NCBI GenBank assembly: GCA_977030845.1
Contig: OZ365109.1
Location: 50,840,001-50,904,000 of the forward strand
Origin: Fimbriosthenelais zetlandica
Lineage: Eukaryota
DNA length: 64,000 nucleotides
Direction: 5' to 3'
The notes beneath the pieces are model-generated. The model ran no database searches. It was not told the origin of the DNA and saw only the letters and a program-made list of their open reading frames with translations. Below are positions 1 through 13,000 of the stretch, piece by piece (position 1 is the stretch's first letter; each line of letters starts with the position of its first letter). The translations under genes were made by a program, and so were the position numbers.

Positions 1-1755
1 AATGTAATGATGTCCATAATTATAATGCAATGAAGTCATACACACTTTAAAAGCCCACTTGCTCCAGTGATTGTCAAAGACAGATCTGGGTATAAAGGGG
101 TTTACAGGTTAACCTGCACGCCTATATGTAAAGAGTGGGTTAACACATACCTATAGGTATAAAAGTCACGTCAGAATCTCAGTTAATTATCACTGTGAGC
201 CCTAAAGACATTGACCTCTTCACACCTCCCTAGCCTGATTGGCTCTTGTTTCCTTCAAGCATTCTCCATTTCAAAAGGAATAAAAACTGCCAAGGGACTG
301 CCACTGGGGTCCTTGTAAAATATGGTTGTCAATATGTAAAGTTGATGGCAATAATACACACCATACAAACAACTACACAATGCATTATGAAGGTACTGCC
401 AATTGCAGAAGATACTGTGGTGGGAATGCATTTCGGGCAAAACGAAAATCCTTAATGACAATTTTACAAGGGGCATTTTGAGGTTCTAATGCAAAATTAG
501 ACCCCCATCCTCCTTTATGAATCTAAAATAAGGTACAAAGGACAATTTTAAAATATGGGAGTTCTCGAAATGGAGTATAACTGCACAAGAATTTGCACCC
601 CTTCATAGCTAGAGGAGAGAAGTGATAACATTTATGTTGTTGAGGACCCTGTCCTTAATATGCAAAATTCCTTACTCGGGGAGACAGGCAAAACATTTTT
701 TTTATTCCTGCTATATGGAATACAATAGGTCAATAATCCTATATTATTTATACAGCGATGGGTAATAAAACAGAGGGTATATTTTCAGTGTTTACATCGG
801 CCTGTGGCGCGAGTAACGATCTTTTTCCTGTGTTCTCTGTGACAATTGGGCCACCAATATCAGCCATCAGGCTATCAAGTACCAGGGCAACAATTTTTCT
901 TGTGTCCACATTGGAACTACCACGACCTCTCTTTCTCTCTAATACGACACCCATTGTCTCAATATCCCCACTTTCTCTATTATTTCAATGCCATATTGCC
1001 TTCATTGGGGAATGGCCCTCACCATCTGCGAAACCCTCGGGATTTGTCATAATTTCATAAAAAAAAGAATGCTTTTTCAATTGCAAAAGGCAGGTCTCTA
1101 TCCACATAATCCAAGGTCTATAAGAGAAAGCTCCTCCATGGTGCGACATAGTGGCGACACAGTTCTTTTGCGATGGAATCATGTATCAAAAAAGGTGCAT
1201 TTTTATAAAGACACACACATCGCTTTTGTCGCAAGGGAAGTCGTGTCAGTTAGGAGGAGTTCCCATAAAAAAGCAAAATGTTTGATGGGACTTTCAACCC
1301 CAATCAAACAAGCATCAAACCCTACAGCCCAACATTTTGGATCTTTCAGGCCGCGGCAACGACCAAGCGCTCCATCTTCCTCAAAAACAGAAATGAAGAA
1401 GTTAAAGTGCTTTGAAATCATAGATCAGGGCTGCTGTCAGAGATAGCTGTCAGAGTTTGAAGAATCAAAACGCTTTCTTTTCATCAGGAGTAAGCGAGCG
1501 CATTTTACTCCTCCCCTGGTCTTACAAGTCATGAATCAACAACCGGCACCTGATCAGAATGCTAAATCATAAAAGGTGTTCTATTACATAGAGAGACTCA
1601 ATAAGCTCTGTCACCTAGCCTCACAAACGTCAACCTGAGCAATCTACAGAGCTGTCTCTACTCTGACAGACCCTGGACCGAGTATGGCACCTTCTACAAT
1701 CTTCTTAACATGGTCTTGTTTTTCCTCAGTTTTTTTTGTCTGCCAAATTCCTCAG

Positions 1756-1781
1756 AAATGTGGATGCTCGGAGGGGAACAG
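1756..1781 (+). CDS. Candidate 26-nt micro-exon (NVDARRGT)
   Basis: TTCCTCAG| acceptor and CAG|GTAACC donor. One open frame ends in phase 1, compatible with the 2053 exon. Splice signals only, no homology recognised. Confidence 0.15.
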
Positions 1782-2052
1782 GTAACCCAAAAGTGGTTGC
1801 CAGGCTAAACTTTTCCTTTTGGATGTTCTAGGACCATGTGATTGGTCAAGTGACTTTCAGCATAATATTATTTTGACATATGTATACAGAATGCTTTCAG
1901 TATTTGGTAAGGGTAATTTGGGTAAGAAGAGGCAGTAAAGTTGTTACCCAGACCTAGATATCCTGACTGCTCAGTGTCAATAATTGAATCCTGTCATTTG
2001 AAATTTGTCTTGATTTTGTTCAGATTTGAGTAACACATTTTGCAAGTGTCAG

Positions 2053-2185
2053 GTGGCAAGATATTAACTCTTGATACTGATTATGCCACTCGTGACGAGC
2101 TTTCAACATGCACGGATGGAATAATCGTATTTGCTCTAAGCACTCGAGGGGTAGCAGGAGCAGAATGGCGTCCACATTCCTTCAG
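2053..2185 (+). CDS. Candidate internal exon (GKILTLDTDYATRDELSTCTDGIIVFALSTRGVAGAEWRPHSF)
   Basis: Open frame (part of ORF 2040..2225) between a weak GTGTCAG| acceptor and a good TTCAG|GTATGA donor. No recognised domain. Confidence 0.2.
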
Positions 2186-3507
2186 GTATGACATGATAGA
2201 TATTGTAAGACTGGTAGACTTGTAGGCCTCGACAACAGAGCCTGGAGCCTAGAGTGGAGCCGTGAGGTTTGTTTGATTTCATTCTAAGAGCCAGTTCTAG
2301 TGTGACAGGCCTAGTATTGATATCAAACACTAGGCTCTCACTGACACCTCCTCAGGAACAAAGCCGTGACAAGATCCATCTATCCTACCTCCACAATACT
2401 AACTATATATTATGGACATTTGGGGCTCCTCTGACTTTGTACAAACTCTAGCTTTCATATCTTTCATATTAAGTATATACATGAGTGCACCATTCTATAT
2501 TTAGTCCAAAATTAACTGTTACTGTCCCAGCAATTGCATTCGATTCTCTAGCATTTTGTTAAAAGTTTCAGAACTTTTTGTGACATTTCCCCAGGCATAT
2601 TATGTCAGCGGGGAGTGTTTAATTTGTGAATTTTGCTATAAAAACGTCTTTTCCAATCGAAAAGAAATTCCAGTTATATAATCTTTACAAACGTCAGTTT
2701 TTAAAGAAAAGATTAATGGGAATATTTGTCTTTGTCGACACCTAACAAAGAATCAAGGTCAAGGCTTCTTGATTGTATTGTGAAAAATAGAAAATAGAGC
2801 ATTAGGAACAGAACAATCCATTATAAACTGTCCTGGTTCAATGGTTAGGAACGACATATATATAAAATCTGATGGCATCTTATAATTTCTCAGGTCTATC
2901 GGGTATAAATTGGAGTGGAAAACTACCCAAATTGAAGTCAATAACAGGGCTACCTAATTTGTACGTATTAATAAATTTCAAAATTTCACTTAGTTCAGGG
3001 TGAATAGACTGTTGTAAGTTTTGATGTTAAGAGCAAGAGAATACGCTATGGGGCAATCCATTATTATTTAATTATCTTTTATGCCTGGAACTGAATGCGA
3101 ACGCCTCTGATCGCTTGCGTTTTTATTGTCATGCGTCTTCAGAAAAAAACACCTTCAATTCAGCGCGTTGTTTAATTTTTATAATCAAGTCGCAGACGCT
3201 ATGCATTCGCTTGATTGAAGACCAAGTGGGCGAGTCTATAAAAAATCACGAATACCACCGCAAAAACGCTCTTGTCTGTTCAAGGTATTACGATGACCAG
3301 TGATGACCATAATGCGGTACTTGAGAAATGGCTGCCATACAAGGGGACACACAAGGCCAAGTATGCCTGATCATTAACTATGTATAGTCCAATCAGATGG
3401 TGTGGTTCACTGCCTTACTGACAGTTAGTTTCACCCCCTTAGGTTAAATCTCCTTCGATCCCATTTTGATTGACCCACCATTTTAAAATGCTATTCAAAC
3501 AGTGTAA

Positions 3508-3635
3508 AGGGCGGAGTCCACCTATCCGATTATCGGGTCAAAATCGATCGGATCCGATTTTTTGTAGGCAAAAAGACCTACAAAAATCGGATCCGATCAA
3601 ATTGACCCGATAATCGGATAGGTGGACTCCGCCCT
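3508..3635. mobile_element. PIF/Harbinger-type (Tourist-like) MITE, near-perfect hairpin
   Basis: Perfect 34-bp outer inverted arms (3508-3541 and 3602-3635, AGGGCGGAGTCCACCTATCCGATTATCGGGTCAA), inner arms GATCGGATCCGA-T5/6-GTAGG and an 8-nt loop. Flanked by TAA on both sides (3505-3507, 3636-3638), the target-site duplication typical of PIF/Harbinger. Confidence 0.85.
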
Positions 3636-4727
3636 TAATACATTAATGGATTAGTTGAATAGTTACACTTCATTCATGGAGCTGTTTATCCACTTGTTTT
3701 GTTATATCAGTCCCTCATCTGTCCATAATCTTTGATGGTACGACTGACGTACTACTAACTTATAATCAAGAAAAGAATTCATTGGTTGTGAGGCAATGGT
3801 TTAGCCTAATGCCTCAGTCAGTCACTGTCCACTGTACTCCAATCTTTATAATATATTTTGGCTGCCCTTTTGAAATGGATCACTTTATGGGGTGCCCCAT
3901 AGTTCACCATATCTTGGCAACTGTTTACCATGATCCAGTTACTGTATTCAAGAACGTGTGTATATGTAAACAAAATCATTGTCCACCCACTTTGTATAAG
4001 AAAACCTCTTTGAAGTGGCTATTTCAAGTTTTGTATCTGGTAACACCTTCACCTAGGGAGGGGACATATGACTATTGTATTCTATGAGTCTACACGGATA
4101 CGTCTACAAAATGACTCACCACTTTTAGCCCTCAAGCACTTTTTCAGGTCACATTGTCTTAGTTGCAAGAACAATTTCAAGTTCATATTTAAACCGTTTA
4201 TATGTACATGTTGTTTTATTTTGGCACACGATTAAAATAAGGATCCGGTCCAAATTGAGGGTTACAACACTTTCTATGGACATGATTTTGGCACAAACAT
4301 TTGCTGTTAGCTGGTGTATTTGTATAATAGTTGACATAAGTGAGTACTCCCTTCACTATTTTATCCATATTTCAATGTATAACCCTCCCAGCAATAATAC
4401 TTGCCATTAAAGTAACATCAATGTTAATCCCGAATACGTAACTAGATCAGATTCAAGAGTTTGCAATGCCGGGAAATCAATATTATAGTAACTTATTTAT
4501 CGTTTTGGTTAAATTTCATCTCCCTAACCGGGTGCAAGACAATTCCATATATACTGAAACATGTCTTTAAGGCATACTAGCGAACGGTTCATGAAACTAA
4601 TTTGCTCTACTATAGATTAACTAGCTCTGTCAGTGAAATTGCTGCGATTGAAATAATTTTACAAGACATGCCATAGATCATAGTGGGGGCCTTTCAATTC
4701 TAAAATACCTAACATTTTCCCCTACAG

Positions 4728-4755
4728 AGTCAAACAAGCCATTACTACCTTTCAG
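4728..4755 (+). CDS. Candidate 28-nt micro-exon (VKQAITTFQ)
   Basis: Strong CATTTTCCCCTACAG| acceptor and TTCAG|GTAAAG donor. All three frames are open. Confidence 0.25.
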
Positions 4756-4797
4756 GTAAAGGAATGGATCCTTAGATTTGCCATCTTTGGAAGGGAT

Positions 4798-4814
4798 CCA
4801 GGGGCCCGTTTCAC
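4798..4814 (+). repeat. CCAGGGGCCCGTTTCA transposon-terminus-like motif (also at 14001-14019 on the - strand, 16381, 16697, 17414, 18820)
   Basis: Six diverged copies of the same ~17-bp GC-rich motif in an AT-rich background, seen directly. Confidence 0.5.
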
Positions 4815-5544
4815 GACAGTTACCCAAACAATGGATTATGAAATGGGCCTCAGATTGGCTCCAAGTCACCTGTGTGCTTGTATGAGTTAGAGGGGACAAT
4901 AAAATGCACGGAAACACATACAAAAGCACAGTTGGCAACTGTCATGAACCAGGTCCATGCAATCAGTGTTGGCTATATATATTATAAGTATGCATGTTAT
5001 TGCCCATGACTATTTTAATCAATGTATTAGACCTAATAACCTGTTATGATCATATTACAACTATTATACGGTCCTATAGTCAATAATTGGTCATAGTGTT
5101 TCCTATTTAAAGCTTAGAAGATCAAATCTATTGTATAGACCTTGGCAGTGGGTCAAAATATCACCAAACTATCGGTGGGTCTGTCACTTAGCCAGATCCC
5201 CAGGGCTAGATCCCCCGCTAGACCCGGACACTGGGGAACTAGTTACTTCTTCACAAGTTAAGTTAAAAAGATGACAGCTTCACGATGTAGTGAATCATTT
5301 CTCTACAGATATTTTTGCAGCTGTTTACGATCAGTAGCCAAAGAAGCATTCAAAAAGCAGGGCGCCAAATGACCATGGGAAAAGACAGATTCCCGAAAAA
5401 AACAATATTGAAAAAAAGAGTCTGTTACTCTCAGTTTCACTACCCTACCTATAGGAAAAAATATTTAAGAAAATCTAACTGCATAAACCTATTCACTGGG
5501 GATTTGAATATAATTAATAATTAGAAATTTAGTTGTAAACTTAC

Positions 5545-5693
5545 TGTATTTTTGTTGGTGCTGTTTTTCTTGGTGGCTGTGGCAGAGGCTCTGGAGCTAT
5601 CCATGGTTTGTTGCGAGTGTTCTTTAGGTGAGGTTGCCGAGAGTTGACGAGAAGTTTGGGGTCTGTCCCTCTCAAACTGTGGCTCTCCCAGAC
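5545..5693 (-). CDS. Candidate internal coding exon, Ser/Thr/Gln-rich (LGEPQFERDRPQTSRQLSATSPKEHSQQTMDSSRASATATKKNSTNKNT)
   Basis: Strong TTTTTCCTCTTCTAG| acceptor and ACA|GTAAGT donor. 149 nt open from phase 1 to phase 0, and GC-richer than its flanks. Confidence 0.5.
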
Positions 5694-8600
5694 CTAGAAG
5701 AGGAAAAATGCATCCAAGATATAGATGAACGGTCGAGAATTCTCCAATGGCATTTTACTACACGAGTTTAAGATATTTAAGACATAAACAAAAAATGGTT
5801 ATAGGTCCATTCAGGACAATAGATGATATATAGCCTGAGCTGCAGTTTAATTTCACTTAAATTTAAATCCAAAAATCTCCAGTCGATCTTCGCTATTCAC
5901 ATAAAATATGCCAAGAGCACTTACAGTTCACGACTCACAACCAAGAGCATTTTAAATTAAGTATCCATAAGAATCATTTAAATCCTATAAGCTCTATAAA
6001 GGTTCACAAAGCACATTCAATAGTGACTTCTGCAGTCGCAATGCACAGTGATGACTGACTGTTCTGCTGCAGCAGCCACTGACAATAGAGATGTAGGCCT
6101 ATATGTTATGTATGTATCCTATATAGCTCGTAGCCTAACCCCAATGGTATAGTGTTCTTAATGGTAAACTGGGTGAAGTCTGAATGGAGTGGAGGCAAAT
6201 AGTGGTCCATAGGAGAGAGAGGGCAGAGAGAAAAGAGCATGGAAGGTTGGGTAGTGGTGACGTCTCAGGTGTGAGCGATGGGCACTGTGAATGGTCACAC
6301 CTGGGAGGACATCTAGAACGGACAGAGAGTGTACAAGTCATATTCCATAGCTCCAACACTCTCCTCTATCATCCCTATTATAGAGCACCAGAATCCATAA
6401 GGTCAGTTCAAAAGGTCACAATCAAGATTTCATCAATTGGCAATGTTTGAATTCCTTTTAGACATTTAAATGGTCAATTTTCTTGAAAATGTGACAAATT
6501 ATATTCTTTAATGAGAACACTCTTTGAACATGGACAAATGGTTCCAAATATTATTTAATTGGGGCAATATTTTGAAGCCTTTACACCGGTTGAAATTATT
6601 GTTCTAGAAAAGTAACAAATAGTTTAGTAAACTGGGACAAATTATTATGGTCAACCACAAAATGCTACAAACAGGGAATGTACTTTAAATCATGTGAATG
6701 TATAAAAATGGTAGTTCAAGGCAGCTGTCCTTGATGCATTGAGTTATTGGGTTTCACCTTTTGGAAATTATATAGCATAATTATCAGAAAAGTTTTGGGT
6801 TAAGATAAAAAGTAGTTTGGTGATTAGTTCAGGGAAAATTACCATAATTTAGAAATTAGTTAGAAATCCATAGGACAGGGCTTTTTAGGAATAGTTTAGA
6901 ATTCCGGATGAAAATGTATCTCAAAAGTGACCTGCAAGTGAAGTATGGTTTATTTTTAGAAAAGCAGATGATCTTTTTGCCGGTATTCACAGATATGGAA
7001 AAAGAAATTGTCTTTTAAGAAAGAAAAACAATCAGTTTTGCAAATATTAGAAGCAGTGTGGAGGAGGGTCCCAACAAAGAATACTTGATCCCTCTGGCCT
7101 AGTGGGCTAAATACTGGAAGGCATTCAAAGACCAGAATATATAGTACGGGGCAAAAGTTTTATCCATTCAGATTTGAACATTTCTCCAGCCAAAGTCTTC
7201 AATTACAATCCATATTATATGTCAGTACCGTCATTTTAACTCTGGGATGTGCTCAAGAAAATTTCAGGATAAATCTACGAAGGAGTTCATTCACGATGTT
7301 CTAAATAATTATAAAGGAAGGTCACATAAAATGTTGATTTTGTCACCTGTAACAGCCATTTCTTTAAAAACAACATTTAGTTTGGTGACTTACTATCGCT
7401 GGTGGTATTTTAATAAAGAGATTTATAAAATAGTCGATGAGACTTAGCTAAAAAAAAAAATGGTGGGGGGGGGGGCGGTTCTGAGACTTTTGAACAGTAC
7501 TGTACCATATAGACTATGGCATATACCATGCAAGGTGGAGGGGCTGTTGGAAGGTTGATCTTCAAAGGAGGGGGTAATTTACCACAGGGATGAAATACAT
7601 GTATGGGGTAAAAGGCCAGAAAGACACCTGTTAGCCTAGAACAATGCCAAAGGGGCTTGATAGAGCCATTTGTTATAAGTCGTTTACACATGGAAGCAGT
7701 GAAAGGGAAAAGAGTGTGCTGACCCCAAGAGGATTTTACAATGTATAAATTAAAGATATATCATCCAATACAATGACAGTGTTCATCACTATTTGGTATA
7801 GATGGATATATACTTGTAATAAAAATATGCATTGGTCTCTAGTGTGGATGTGAATGTATGTATTTAAAGACCAAGCGTTTTTAGGGCAAGATGTGTCAGG
7901 AATAGAAGGGATTTATTTGGCCTTACAAACCTGTGAGTTTATATCATAAAGGGGTCTTTTTTATCAAGGAGATGGGAATGATTTAGATGCCATTTCCTCA
8001 GGATGACAGGTTGAAATATATACCCAGAAATTTAAAAAAAAAATGTAAATGGAACAGAATAATCTGTCTGGATAAGTCTACGGAATGAGTTTAAAAATAT
8101 GCTCCAGAAATATTTACCAGAACTATTTTATGAGAAGAGCAGGTCATTGTGTGCCAACAGCTTGTGTCCTATATACCCATCCTTAGATATTTGGCAAATG
8201 GCTGACTGGATGTTATACAAATATTCACCCACTCTTTAACTTGTCTATTTGGTATGAGTGAAGCTGTACATATTTCAAGTATTATGCATTGTCACACGAA
8301 GGGCTTGTGGCTGGAGGCAGGGATAAGCTACTTGAGCCCTCCAGGCCTCCTACATCCATACCTGGGTCACACACACATTTATACACTGAGGCGGCAGGTA
8401 AACAAGAAACAACGTCCACACCTGAGTTGTCTCAGGTATAAAAACAGTGTATAAACTCTGACAAACTCATCTAAAACAGGTGATCACAAAGGCTTATCAA
8501 ACCACAGGCTCTGTCCACATTCAACTTTCCACTGCTTGACCTGCTGGCTGGGTGCTTTAGATCTGACGATGTAACAGACCCATACCATACGTGACTGCGT

Positions 8601-9869
8601 TCCTATGTCGATCTCATTAATACTGGACTCGATTAAACTGAATGACCTCACAAATTTGTTATATTTTTTATTTTGAAATTTCGAAAAATTCTTGGAATTT
8701 GAAAATGCTTGAAACCCCGATGGCTTGAAAGGAATTCACTGAACTCCTGAAATCTTTGTCTTGCAATTGCAAAGTTATCCATTTATTAAGCTTATGATGG
8801 TGTACATTATCTTCAAAGTTTAATTAGCCTAACTTTATTATCTATGCATTGGGCTTATCTCTGAAAAGTGTGTTCAAGATGATCGAGGTGTGGTCAGGGT
8901 GGAAAAATCGTTATTCAAAGTAAATTTTTTCAGGCCTTCCTTCTTTTCAAGGGCTCTAAATCAGACTCAAGTACCTATATAGATATACAGTCTGCATATG
9001 TTGAGTGAGTATAAGGAGGCAGGCATTTTGAAGGCTCTGGCCCACCTAAACTATACCCTTTATAGTATAGAAATAATTGGCAGCTGAAAAATCAATAGAA
9101 GCTCAGGGTAAAATCCAATTCCTCATCTTTTTTCCCTCAGATCCTAGCTGCTCTAGATGTCTGAGCAGAGGACACTCAAGAATCATCTTTCAATAAACAC
9201 AGAGCTAAAAGTGTGATTGAATTTCATCCATACATCTACCTTGCAGAAGTCTTTATACATTGGCACTTCTTTTCACTACAGTTCAGAGCAATGTACAAAT
9301 GGTGTTGGAAACCTAGGCCAATATTGAATCTGAAGAGGCATGGGGGTCTGATGGGGGGAGCTCGAAAAAAAAATTAGAATCAACAATGGATTTACTCGAG
9401 GCCTTTTGGTTGGGGGATGATGGCAGGAAAAAGTATCCTGGCACAACAAAAGGGCTGAATGAATGTTCTGTCATTGGGGAGGCAGAAGGCTGAAAGGGCT
9501 TGGGATTTTTTGCAGGGGAGCAGTGACTTGGAGTAGTTATTCATTGCCCATTGCTTCTTGAATTGTAGGTAAATCAGGGCCTGCTATGGTCTTTGTGTGT
9601 CATACAAGACTCGTGACTTACTTAATTTGAGAAAGGATGGCGAGAGAGTGAATCAGAATGATGGGATGATGGAAAAATCTGGCAGAAGAATTGGAAAAAT
9701 TGTCGGTTAGGATTTATTGCTTAAGGAGGATTGCGGAAAGTGTAAGGAAAAGACGACGTGGATTTTCCCATAGAAGTAGTTCTCTCTACTTCTATGATTT
9801 CCCTTATGAAGTGAAAAGGCTTGATTGAATGGTTTGATTTTTAGTCAACGACTGGCACTCGCACATTCC

Positions 9870-10030
9870 CCGTCACTCTTTTTTGTCCCTCCTGAACTTT
9901 CTCCTCAAACTCACTTTCCCTTTCCCAAGCATTTCTGTCTCTTCCAGAGCTCTCTCCCTGTCCATCTCTCCCTCTCACACTTCCGTACCCACTTTCTCTT
10001 CCACTCTTCCACTTTCTAAATGCTCTCCAT
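9870..10030. repeat. Pyrimidine-rich low-complexity tract
   Basis: CT-rich run on the + strand, seen directly. Confidence 0.6.
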
Positions 10031-13000
10031 TCCTACCTGGATCTCTCCCAGCTGAGTGACTGCTATAAATATTGCAGTAATTAAGCCCTATGCTGAATAG
10101 CATGACTAATTGGTTCATCAAGTCAAAATGAGAGCAACTTTTAGTCGGGATGAAGGTGAGAAAATTACTGCGATACAATCTATAATATAGCTGCACGTGG
10201 AGGAGAGCGAATGATGGATGCTGCAGAAATCACAGCTAGACATACAGTAGCTCACATACGTGAGTATCCCATTCACCTTTGTCAAAATTACACTCTAGCT
10301 TTTCCTGCAATTACTTTGGAAGAAATATTACGAGTTGTATTTCGGAAGTCATTCTCTGTCATTATTCAGGCCCAAAACTAATGCATTGCATATACAACGT
10401 ACATCGATGGAAAGTACAATTGGTGAGAAAGTGAGGGTGAAATTTGTACAGAATGCGCCTAAATACTGAGAGGAATAACGTTTCATGCTCAAAGGAGCTT
10501 TTGCCAAATCTCCTTCTGTGAACAAATTCCACTCAGAGATTTCTCCTGGGATTACCTCCTCAGAAATCCTTAGAAATCCTTCTGAAGATTTGTTTTCAGA
10601 AACAAGGATATTGTGGCATCTGTGAGACTCATATTAAGGGCGTCTATCGTTGAGTGCAACACTTTTAATTAGTTCCAATTAATCCTTATTTGATTTACAT
10701 GTAATGGGAGGTCTTAATCATCGCTCCTAATCCTGCTAGAAACACAGCCTCAGAAGATAGTAATTAGTCAGTGGGGATGAGTGTAATTAATTAATGTAAC
10801 AACTGTAAATATGTATTCACAGTTACACGCTATGCTAACCACGAAACGCATCAATCGTGATCCAAATTCGCCACAATCATGTTGAGACCTTCAACTTCAG
10901 TTTGTTTTGTTTTGAATCAAATTATACAATCACCCGTGAACGTATAACACAGTGGACTCGTATTTTAAATCTGACTATAAATTCTAACACTTCAACAGCT
11001 CAAAATCAAAACTTCACACAATGGCAGCCTAGTAGTTTTTCTTACGTCCAGACCAAAAAAAGAAGTGATGAAGCATCCCAATGACACTGAAGAAAAAAAA
11101 ATAATAGAAGCTTGGCGCAATGTCAGCGATGTGCCATCTCCAACGAATCAATTGGATTCCGATCATAACGTGGACAATCCAACAAAATATAACCCTGGCA
11201 GGCATGACTGAAAAGCTTAACTTGATTGCAAAAAGATGAGACAGCTCCGCCCCTAGTTTAAAAAATTATTTTGGACGTGTATATTATGACCAAGGATTAT
11301 TGTTTACAATGACATTCCTCACGTGAATCATTATAACAGAGATCTGTCAATCTTTTGTCATTTTAGAAGTCGTGATGCCAATTTATACATTATCCAGACG
11401 GTTTAAAAACCCATCACTTGGCTGCTGCCAGACTGACTGTTTTCTAAACTGTACACTTGGGGTTTTTTCACAGTAACCAAATGAGTGCACTAGTGTTTTA
11501 TTGGTAGATTATTTAAGGGGGTTAAGTTTGAAGCTGTCAACATTCATTCTACACGTCCCTAACTGCAATAATAAGGCCTTTTATTATCATCAAAAAAGTG
11601 GTTTAAACACAGGTCTGTTCGAAATTGTGTATAATCGTTAGTATACTTACTACAGAAACAATTTATAATACTCTAGTAATCAACCTATATATTACAGTGC
11701 AGTCTGTACACAAATATGTGACTACGCTGGATTCTGAGCATTTTAGAGTCGAATAGCGAGATGGCATGATAAAGAGGGAAAAAAATCGTTTTGACCAGTT
11801 TGTGGTCACTCGTTTTCTGGCACATTTTAGTTAACTTATATTGTTCAGTTCGAGTATAAAAATATTATATCAATATATCAATATATCTATTTAGGTGTCC
11901 TAAGATAAATTGGAAATACATTGTATATATCTTCAGGGATTTTTTTCTATTCAATTGATCGCTGCTCTGACCAATTGGCAGCCAACCTTCTATACAGATC
12001 TATCCCTGTCCTGAGGTGAGCACAAACTAGAGCAAGCAAACCCAGCGGTGAGAAAGCATTGAATGACTGTATACTCACACAGTACAAAGACCTTCTTTTA
12101 TTTTTTCTTTGAGGCAGCCCCAAAAGATGAGTCGTTGGGTGAGCAGTCATTAGAGGTGACAGGTTTTAGTTGGGAGGTTGTAAACCAGGTGGCAGACTAG
12201 GTCCTACAAGACCATGGGGTATCTGGAAACAGTCCAAGCCAACCCTCAGTTGACTCTACATCCAACTTTTCTCTCACTCAGTCAGTGTCATAGGACAGGT
12301 GGGACACAAATAACAGGAGCCAAAATAACAATACATCGTTTCTAAAAATACTTTGGTTCATATATATTCCATCGGAATTAAGCCTACACACAGAGAAATG
12401 GGGTATTTTTCGTAGAAGAAAATACATTTATTTTAACCTAAAAAAGCTTTTTGGCCTATAAAGACTCATTGTTTTGAAATAGTTATTAATCTTATTGAGG
12501 GCCAAAATTGATAGTTGCCCAGGCAAGTTGAGGGATGAAGTCTGGCAAATCAGTTTTTCAAAAGCAATTTTTAATATGAATCTTTGAGGGATTACCAATA
12601 CTGGCATTATGGACCACTCCCATGTCATAATTCAATGGAGGATATATCGAAAATGCAAAGTTATTAGACTGAAATACTTTCCTGAAACTCCTAAAATCAG
12701 GAGTTGCAACCCTGCATATATATGCCAGGCCCAATATTAATGATTATTATGCCTCATTCTTTCAGTGAGATGGGGAAAACAAAGTGTATAACCACCTGTC
12801 CTGCAACTGTTCATACAAGCTTCAGTAATTAAAGGTGAAGCCAATACCTCACTGCCTGGCCAAGCATGGCTGTACTATCACATAATGCTGACAGATCATT
12901 TATCCCAAACCCCATCTATTACCCTGCAATATATCTCATCATATCTTGTATTAGCGAGTTCTTTTTCAATTGTTTTTCTTTCAGAAAGGATGTTAATATT

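Noticed and set aside
988-1446. 152-aa ORF on the + strand
   Set aside because: No recognisable domain or splice context. It is probably the antisense shadow of the decayed - strand block.
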